Below, in pieces: positions 57,409 through 64,000 of a DNA stretch of 64,000 bases. Under the pieces are notes generated by a model. The model was not told the origin of the DNA and did not search any database. It saw only the letters and a program-made list of their open reading frames with translations. The position numbers and the translations under genes were made by a program. The DNA is from Prevotella sp. (lineage in GTDB: Bacteria; Bacteroidota; Bacteroidia; Bacteroidales; Dysgonomonadaceae), in NCBI GenBank assembly GCA_031285625.1, contig JAITVV010000043.1, positions 81,080 through 145,079 on the forward strand. Reading direction: 5' to 3'. Every line of letters begins with the position of its first letter. The stretch's first letter is position 1.

Positions 57409-57912
57409 ATGGAGTTAGAGAAATTTAAATCGGTTGTTGTGCCTCTCCGCGAGAAACTGCAGAATTTTGCAAGAAGCATACTAACGAATGAAGTTGAAGT
57501 TGAAGATGCTGTTCAGGAAACCTTTTTAAGGCTTTGGAATGTGCGGGCACAATTAAACAATCATCCGAATGTAGGAGGATTTGCTATGCAAACACTGAAG
57601 AATATATGCATTGACAGGTTAAGGGCAGAGAGGTATAATGTTTCGCTGGATAATGTAAGCCTTGCTGAAAATACAATAACTCCATATACATATACCGAAC
57701 AGCACGATAGCGCTACTATCATTAAGCGAATCATTGACTCTTTGCCTGAAACCCAACGCCGGATAATGCTGATGCGTGATGTAGACGGATATGAACTGGA
57801 AGAAATTGCCGATATAATGTGTGCTGAACAGAGTACAGTAAGAGTAAATCTCTCGAGAGCCAGAAAAACGGTTCGTGATAAGTTTATAAGTATGAATAAA
57901 ACAACGCGGTAA
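57409..57912 (+). CDS. ECF (sigma-70 group 4) RNA polymerase sigma factor
   Basis: EDAVQETFLRLW, KNICIDRLR, LPETQRRIMLMRDVDGYELEEIA, TVRVNLSRARK. Confidence 0.93.
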   Translation: MELEKFKSVVVPLREKLQNFARSILTNEVEVEDAVQETFLRLWNVRAQLNNHPNVGGFAMQTLKNICIDRLRAERYNVSLDNVSLAENTITPYTYTEQHDSATIIKRIIDSLPETQRRIMLMRDVDGYELEEIADIMCAEQSTVRVNLSRARKTVRDKFISMNKTTR

Positions 57913-57913
57913 A

Positions 57914-58336
57914 ATGGAAAATATAGATAAGATATTAGAAAAATATTTTGAAGGGGAGACGACCCTGAAAGAGGAATCTGTTCTTCGAAACTATTTTCGT
58001 CAACCAGATATTGACAAAAGACATAAGATATATGCGCCGATGTTCAATTTCTTCTCTGAAGAGAGAAAGGAAGTAGCTGTGGAAAAGAAAAAAAGAAAGA
58101 TTCCGCTCTATGCCTGGATTGCCATAGCCGCCAGTTTATTAGTAATAGTTTGCATAAAGTTTATATATACTACTGCATTGGAGCAAAACAAGACACTTGT
58201 ATATATCGATGGCAGAAAAGTAACCGATACCAACACTATTAACATAGAAGCTCTGAATTCGATCCAGAATATATCGGATATCGACGAAGATATAATCAGT
58301 TCCCAAATAGGAATATTAGATTCTTTTACTGAATAA
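57914..58336 (+). CDS. Putative single-TM anti-sigma factor
   Basis: LEKYFEGETTLKEE..L..YF N-terminus and TM WIAIAASLLVIV, located 1 nt after the sigma gene. Confidence 0.75.
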   Translation: MENIDKILEKYFEGETTLKEESVLRNYFRQPDIDKRHKIYAPMFNFFSEERKEVAVEKKKRKIPLYAWIAIAASLLVIVCIKFIYTTALEQNKTLVYIDGRKVTDTNTINIEALNSIQNISDIDEDIISSQIGILDSFTE

Positions 58337-58347
58337 AAGGAGAAATT

Positions 58348-58833
58348 ATGAAACATAAAATATTTATATTATTCTGTTTAATACAGGTCTTTGCAATATC
58401 TGCCGTTGCTCAGGAAAATCTGAAAGTAAACGATATTTTTGATAAATACGGCAAACAGGAAGGCTCTGTTTTGGTACAATTGTCTTCCGATGTACTCTCC
58501 CAAGGAAGCAATATTACATTTTATAAAAGCCTTATTATGGATAATAATATTGCGAAAGAGAGGGATGTGCTAAATCTTCTAAAACCTGACATAGAGAAAA
58601 ATCTTGTCATTTCGGAAGTAAAGAAAAACGGGAAAGTGGAATCCGGGACTTATTATGTAGGTAAAGATAAATCAGGAAAAAGTAGTGAATTTATCCTCTA
58701 TAAATGCAAATCAGATAAGATAACGGTGGTTTATCTGAAAGGCAATTTTCCTCCAGCAAAATTAGATTCGGAACTAAAGAAACTAAAAGACCTCTTTATC
58801 TATGTGAATAATAAACGTTTAAAAATACAATAA
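58348..58833 (+). CDS. Secreted/periplasmic protein (DUF4252/DUF6108-like)
   Basis: Signal peptide (AVA-Q), IFDKYGKQEGSVLVQLS, SEFILY...VVYLKGN. Confidence 0.55.
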   Translation: MKHKIFILFCLIQVFAISAVAQENLKVNDIFDKYGKQEGSVLVQLSSDVLSQGSNITFYKSLIMDNNIAKERDVLNLLKPDIEKNLVISEVKKNGKVESGTYYVGKDKSGKSSEFILYKCKSDKITVVYLKGNFPPAKLDSELKKLKDLFIYVNNKRLKIQ

Positions 58834-58835
58834 AT

Positions 58836-59669
58836 ATGAAAAAGATCATTACCCTGTTAACTCTTAGTCTTTGTGTATTATCAGCCTATGCTGAAGATAT
58901 AACATCTCTACAGGATACAATTGTAAAGACAGTAAAGATTGTTATAGAACAAAATCCTGCAACAGGAAGTATGGATACTATCCAAACAGAGTCACAGACA
59001 CTTATACCTGAAAAAGAAAATGAGAGCAACATATTATTGGGAGGTTCTTCCTACAACTTCTTATTCTCATGGAAGAAGAAAAAACACTTAAGCCCACACT
59101 GGACAGGTTTTGGCATGGGATTTATGAATTATGATGATATCCCGAACGGTAGCCTTAAAATGAGTAAGTCTCATAATTTCACAGTAAACCTGTTTGACTT
59201 TCACAAGCAGATCGGCAAATCAAACTGGCTTGTTGTTAGTGGAATTGGAGCCGAATGGTCGCGCTATCATTTTGATGAGAATGCCGCATTGACCAAAGTT
59301 GATGGGAGAACCACATTTCAACCAGCACCTGAAGGTATAGACTATAAGTCTACAAAATTGCTGGCATATTATATAACTATCCCACTCCTACTCGAATATC
59401 AAATTTCTAATTTCCACGTATCAGGTGGGGTAGTAGGTTTCTTCAAATATTACTCCAAATCGCAAGTAAAATATTACGTTGATAATGAAAAGGTTGTAAA
59501 AAACATGGGACGTGATCTCAATATTCGTCCTGTTGATATGAAACTAAGGCTACAAGTAGGTATTAATGATATTAGTGTTTATGCTTATTATTCTCCTTTT
59601 TCTATGTTTGGGAAAGATAAAGGGCCAGACTTGAAGACATATACAATAGGAGTTATGCTTGGAATATAG
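58836..59669 (+). CDS. Outer membrane beta-barrel protein
   Basis: Signal peptide, HWTGFGMG, KSTKL..YITIPLLLEY, amphipathic strands ending YTIGVMLGI. Confidence 0.7.
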   Translation: MKKIITLLTLSLCVLSAYAEDITSLQDTIVKTVKIVIEQNPATGSMDTIQTESQTLIPEKENESNILLGGSSYNFLFSWKKKKHLSPHWTGFGMGFMNYDDIPNGSLKMSKSHNFTVNLFDFHKQIGKSNWLVVSGIGAEWSRYHFDENAALTKVDGRTTFQPAPEGIDYKSTKLLAYYITIPLLLEYQISNFHVSGGVVGFFKYYSKSQVKYYVDNEKVVKNMGRDLNIRPVDMKLRLQVGINDISVYAYYSPFSMFGKDKGPDLKTYTIGVMLGI

Positions 59670-59675
59670 AAATAA

Positions 59676-59707
59676 TAATAAGGCTTCCAATATTGGAAGC
59701 CTTATTA
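59676..59707. terminator. Bidirectional terminator between OM barrel gene and putA
   Basis: TAATAAGGCTTCCAA-ta-TTGGAAGCCTTATTA. Confidence 0.75.
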
Positions 59708-59721
59708 CAGACAGCTTTGTA

Positions 59722-62700
59722 TTATTTATCTTCTCCAAAGATACTACCATAGCGATGATATTCATAAGCAATACTTTGCTCTTTCAGATAGTTTAATAGT
59801 TCTAATCTACCTTCTATGATAGGTTTATCTGATGCAATATGCTTACCTAGTTTTGCTGCTTTCAGATAAATTGCATCTGACAGATCAGGGCTAGAAGTGC
59901 GTATACGTTCGTAGGAGTCCATCTCCTCTATGAATTTATCTTCGGCTTGTATTTTAACAGAGATACCTAAAAGAAGCTTGGACGCTCTTTCTATCGCTTC
60001 TAGCTTTTTGTCATCTCCGCCAATACTTACTGTAATAGGTGTATTCGCCTTGTTAGAAGCAGAAAGAACCAGTAATATATCACATAAGCTATCATTTTCC
60101 TGAACCCTAAAACCAAGGTTCTTTAAAGGAAGGTAACGGAAAGTATTCTCTTCTCCATAGATATGGTTTACATCCCTCTCATGGGCAAACTCATTTTGCC
60201 ATGCTTTATTATAGTTATCCAAAGCAAAATTTAAACGGTTCCGATCTTTTTCATCTAATAGAAGGTCACTCAGGGAATTCTTTTCTGCCATTGAGGTTAT
60301 TTCCTTCTCTGCAAATTCGACAAAGCATGACACGTAGTTTGGGCCTCCAGCTTTTATACCACCACCAAATGCCGAGCGCTTCATACCTCCAAATGGCTGA
60401 CGATTTACAATAGCCCCGGTTATACCTCTGTTTATATATAGATTTCCAGCCTCTATACTATTTTTCCACATATCCAGCTCTTCTTCATCCAGACTTTGCA
60501 AGCCGGCTGTAAGCCCATACTCAGAAGAGTTTGCATATTCAATACCTTGTTTTAAGTTATCTATACAAACTACAGATAGTAAAGGTGCAAACAGTTCGTT
60601 TTTGAAAGTGAAACTACTTGGTTTTACACCCCATTTTACGGTCGGCTTGAGTACATATTTCTTCTCATCTAGGAATTCTGGTGCAACCAACCAGGATTCA
60701 CCTTCTTCAAGATGTTCTATTGCATGCAATAGTTTCTCATTATCATTAGTGATCATTGGGCCCACCATATTCATCGTATCCCAAACACTACCTGTACGCA
60801 TACTGGTTACAGCATCTTTCAGTTTTGATTTGAAATTCTCATCATTGTAAGTCTTTTTGTCAACTAAGAACAGTGAGCAAGCGGAACATTTTTGCCCAGC
60901 ATTACTAAAAGCAGAAGAAACTACATTTAATATAGCATGGTCCTGATCTCCGTTTCCAGTCAGTATGATTGCATTCTTACCTCCGGTTTCTGCCGAAAGC
61001 GGAGTCCTTGGGCTATTTTCCAATAACCTGAATGCAGTATCAGTTCCGCCGGTAAGGATTACATGTTTAATGGCCGGGTGAGCTGTCAGATAATTAAGAG
61101 AGGAACGATCAGCACTACAAACTACCTGTAATGCATCTTTAGGTACTCCGGCATCCCAGAAACATTTTGCAAATTCCCAGGCAATAGGTAATGCCACTGT
61201 TGCTGGTTTCAGTATAACAGTATTACCTCCTGCCAAAGACGCTGCGACTCCTCCTACCGGAATCGCCAAAGGGAAATTCCATGGTGGAATAACAAGGATA
61301 ATCCCCTTCGGTTTATATGTTACAGTATCTAGTTTCTCAAAGTGCTTCATTGTAATTGGGTAAAAGCGGCAAAAATCAATTGCTTCCGAGACTTCAACAT
61401 CTCCTTCCATAAATGTTTTACCTGTGATAGCAGCCATACAGCCTATCAAATCTCCACGCTTAGCACTTAGATTGTCTGCTACCTGATGCAATATCTCATT
61501 ACGTTTATTTATATCAGTATTTCTCCAACCCGATTTATCTTCTTTCGCAATGGCAATTATCTCTTTTATCTGGTCTAATGAAGACAGATTGGCTTCACAA
61601 AAACAAACCTGATCATTACGGCTACGGTCATAATACCTCTTCTTGTTTTCGGTAATGATTTCCTTATCTCCAATTTGTACAGGTATAACAAAATTCTTTT
61701 CATTCACCAATGTACCCCATTTTCGAAGAGATTCTAATGCCCATTCTCTGTTTGGGTGAAGGTCGAGGTCAGTATCAGGTTCGTTATGGAACACATTAAT
61801 ATCCTTAACTGGTACAGGCTTATCTTTTCTATTTTGTGTACGATACACAGTTGGAATAATACCATCTTTCAGCTTATAGGCTTCAAGGAATTGATTAACA
61901 AGAAATTCCCACTGCGGGCTGTCCAGTTTCAGATTGAAAGAGTAGCTTAAGAAATTATCCTTTCCTGTATTTTCATCCAGACGACGTACCAGATAAGAAA
62001 TGGCATTCAGAAAGTGAGCCTTTTTTACCACCGGTGTGTACAGAATAATCTGCTTGTTCAAACTCCTGACTACACGAGGCAAGTGATTTGCCATTCCTTC
62101 AAGCATTTCAAATGTCACATATTCTGAAACTCCGTTCTTCTCACTTAGCAGATAAGCATATGCGATGCTGAAAAAGTTATGCGATGCAACCCCTACATGC
62201 ATTACTTTTGCATTTTCCGGCTGTAAGCCAATATCGAGTATGTGCATATAATTAGCATCTACTTCTATCTTTGTAGGCAGTACAGGATTCTTCCACCCTC
62301 TGAGGGAAGATATAATACTTTCCATTTGTAGATTAGCACCCTTTACCAAACGCATTTTCAAAGGAGATCCACCTTCTTCAACACGTTTTTTCGCAAACTT
62401 CAACAAGCGCTTTTGAAACAGTCCTGCATCAGGCAGATAAGCCTGAACAACGATTCCTGCCATATAGTTCTTAAATTGAGGCATACTTAATACCTCTTCA
62501 AAGACATCAAGTGTCAACTCTGTATCTTTATACTCTTCCATATCCAGATTTACAAACTTTGGTTTAGTTACACCATCCTGATCTGTATATGGGTTGTCTA
62601 TTGCTTGTTGATAAATAGTTGCAACCAACTTACATAGCTCTTTTTTGTTTTGTTCGTAACTTAACGGATGAATCTGAGCATATATACCCGACAATTTGAT

Positions 62701-63228
62701 AGATATATAATTTATATCAGGTTCTTGCAGGGCTTCCAAATAATGCTTGTACCTATTATTTGCTTCTCCGTCTCCTAGAACAACTTCACCCAATAGGTTT
62801 ACATTCTGCCCTATTCTGGATTTCCATCTACCTGATAAATGTCCGGTAAGTGCAGGGCGCTCTTCAGCTATAATTATCTTGTTGGTTTCTTCGCGTAGTC
62901 TCTTATTAAATAATGGTACCGCAATATCAGGAGCTAGAAAACCAAAATTCATAAAGAGTTTTAGTTGGAATTTGTCAAATGAATTGAAAAAATCAGGTAC
63001 ACCATATTCGTTTATTAGTTCTTTCATTCGTTTGATAACAAGACTCCGGTCTCTAATTTGTGATGATTCATCCAACATTTTGGATAAAACAGTTTTATTA
63101 GATGGAGTTTGTATAAGTGAAGCGAACTTTTTTTGTTCTTTAACTTCCTCTGGTGTTAATTCTCTTTCGGCTTTCCTGAGAAAATCTTTCGCCCACTCAA
63201 GAACTTCTGATGTTGTGATTTTTTCCAT
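59722..63228 (-). CDS. putA: Bifunctional proline dehydrogenase / glutamate-semialdehyde (P5C) dehydrogenase
   Basis: Start reassigned to ATG 63228. PRODH motifs NLLGE, SIKLS, DMEE, VVQAYL, RLVKGA, ASHN, FEMLEGM, YLVRRLDEN. ALDH motifs PWNFP, AETGGKN, GQKCSA, ELFAP, QPFGG. No N-terminal RHH domain. Confidence 0.95.
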   Translation of the reverse strand: MEKITTSEVLEWAKDFLRKAERELTPEEVKEQKKFASLIQTPSNKTVLSKMLDESSQIRDRSLVIKRMKELINEYGVPDFFNSFDKFQLKLFMNFGFLAPDIAVPLFNKRLREETNKIIIAEERPALTGHLSGRWKSRIGQNVNLLGEVVLGDGEANNRYKHYLEALQEPDINYISIKLSGIYAQIHPLSYEQNKKELCKLVATIYQQAIDNPYTDQDGVTKPKFVNLDMEEYKDTELTLDVFEEVLSMPQFKNYMAGIVVQAYLPDAGLFQKRLLKFAKKRVEEGGSPLKMRLVKGANLQMESIISSLRGWKNPVLPTKIEVDANYMHILDIGLQPENAKVMHVGVASHNFFSIAYAYLLSEKNGVSEYVTFEMLEGMANHLPRVVRSLNKQIILYTPVVKKAHFLNAISYLVRRLDENTGKDNFLSYSFNLKLDSPQWEFLVNQFLEAYKLKDGIIPTVYRTQNRKDKPVPVKDINVFHNEPDTDLDLHPNREWALESLRKWGTLVNEKNFVIPVQIGDKEIITENKKRYYDRSRNDQVCFCEANLSSLDQIKEIIAIAKEDKSGWRNTDINKRNEILHQVADNLSAKRGDLIGCMAAITGKTFMEGDVEVSEAIDFCRFYPITMKHFEKLDTVTYKPKGIILVIPPWNFPLAIPVGGVAASLAGGNTVILKPATVALPIAWEFAKCFWDAGVPKDALQVVCSADRSSLNYLTAHPAIKHVILTGGTDTAFRLLENSPRTPLSAETGGKNAIILTGNGDQDHAILNVVSSAFSNAGQKCSACSLFLVDKKTYNDENFKSKLKDAVTSMRTGSVWDTMNMVGPMITNDNEKLLHAIEHLEEGESWLVAPEFLDEKKYVLKPTVKWGVKPSSFTFKNELFAPLLSVVCIDNLKQGIEYANSSEYGLTAGLQSLDEEELDMWKNSIEAGNLYINRGITGAIVNRQPFGGMKRSAFGGGIKAGGPNYVSCFVEFAEKEITSMAEKNSLSDLLLDEKDRNRLNFALDNYNKAWQNEFAHERDVNHIYGEENTFRYLPLKNLGFRVQENDSLCDILLVLSASNKANTPITVSIGGDDKKLEAIERASKLLLGISVKIQAEDKFIEEMDSYERIRTSSPDLSDAIYLKAAKLGKHIASDKPIIEGRLELLNYLKEQSIAYEYHRYGSIFGEDK

Positions 63229-63644
63229 GAGATTACATAATGTTAACAAGGTTTTTTAATGGAACTAAGTTATAGTAAATTCATGAGAATTAGTTTGTTT
63301 TCAAGCAAAAAATTATGATAAATACATCTTCTTTTTTTAAGTATAAATCACTCTTAATTTTGCTAAAAATCATAATATATTATACAAGAATATAATTAGA
63401 TAAACTATTACAAAAAAATAATAATACTTATTCGAGAGGGCTTTTTTATATATTTGTGATAAGGCATTAGAACAATCAAAAGAGTTATTTAACATATTTT
63501 TCATGCAAATATAACGACAACGCTATCATAAATAAAATATTTCTGATATTATTTCGTCAATACATTAACAATCAAAGAAATATTTAGTAAGTCAATTGAT
63601 TTTTATGATCATAAACTTCAAAGAACAAATTGAAAAATGTTATC

Positions 63645-63683
63645 AAATAAAAAACCTTCTGATAATCAGAAGGTTTTTTATTT
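63645..63683. terminator. Bidirectional terminator-like hairpin
   Basis: AAATAAAAAACCTTCTGAT-a-ATCAGAAGGTTTTTTATTT. Confidence 0.65.
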
Positions 63684-63884
63684 AGAAAGTACACGACAGC
63701 CTCGAAATATTGAACCTTTACATAAACTTTTTAAAGGTGGTTGATTTTCTGCAATGTTCACCAAATGTTATGAGGATATTGAGAGGTGTGAAATGAATTA
63801 TCCTCCCCTTAAACGTTCTGTTCTCGAATCAATTTCTTGAAGATTTAGACTTGATTTCTGAATTGAAAGAGTAGATTCCTAAGC

Positions 63885-64000
63885 TGGAAAATCCAGTGAG
63901 CGTTGCCCCCTCGTGCCAAATCTAAATTGACCCCTGAAAAAACTTTATGATTACCCCTAAATTATCCTGGTCGACGGGGTCATTTTTATTTTAGATTTAC
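63885..64000. mobile_element. IS21-family-like miniature/deleted element (ends only, no transposase)
   Basis: Begins TGGAAAATCCAG. Tandem repeats TTGCCCCC, TTGACCCC and TTACCCC end at 63910, 63934 and 63957, followed by the inverted copy GGGGTCATTTTTATTTTAGATTTAC at the window edge. Confidence 0.6.

Noticed and set aside
63481-63496. AGAGTTATTTAACATA upstream of putA as a possible Cur-type site
   Set aside because: Only one half-site matches well and no promoter could be anchored nearby.
63719-63884. Possible minus-strand pseudogene fragment next to the IS-like element
   Set aside because: All three frames contain stops and none resembles a family I recognise, so it cannot be supported as a feature.
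1-64000. CRISPR arrays, tRNA/rRNA genes, prophage, defence or invertible-promoter systems
   Set aside because: No regularly spaced repeat-spacer array, cloverleaf/rRNA-like sequence, integrase/recombinase, nuclease or phage genes were seen. Almost all of the window is accounted for by metabolic CDSs.

Overview
AT-rich Bacteroidetes chromosomal window. The gene content and TAnnTTTG -7 promoter boxes suggest Bacteroidales, plausibly Dysgonomonas-like, which is an inference. Left to right it holds: (1) a beta-1,2-glucan-type polysaccharide utilisation locus (membrane-anchored beta-propeller/Y_Y_Y/LuxR regulator, SusC, SusD, GH3, GH144, serine hydrolase); (2) tyrA and the EF-G paralogue EF-G2; (3) a complete xyloglucan utilisation locus (GH43, GH3, GH95, GH3, hybrid two-component system, GH31, SusC, SusD, surface glycan-binding protein, BACON-GH5, GH2), directly followed by a xylose operon (NrtR-type xylR, xylB, inserted GH30, xylA, xylE with two extra predicted helices); (4) a TetR-TolC-HlyD-ABC efflux operon carrying an HXXEE protein and a 66-aa winged-helix protein; (5) an ECF sigma/anti-sigma operon; (6) putA; (7) a ~116-bp IS21-like miniature element at the right edge. 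Non-coding signals read directly from the sequence include a phased AACAT operator shared by the two XyGUL promoters, three GT-N7-AC NrtR boxes, a TetR palindrome, and a ~125-bp intergenic repeat present twice 40 kb apart. No rRNA, tRNA or CRISPR array was seen. Family assignments come from recognising motifs by eye, not from database searches.
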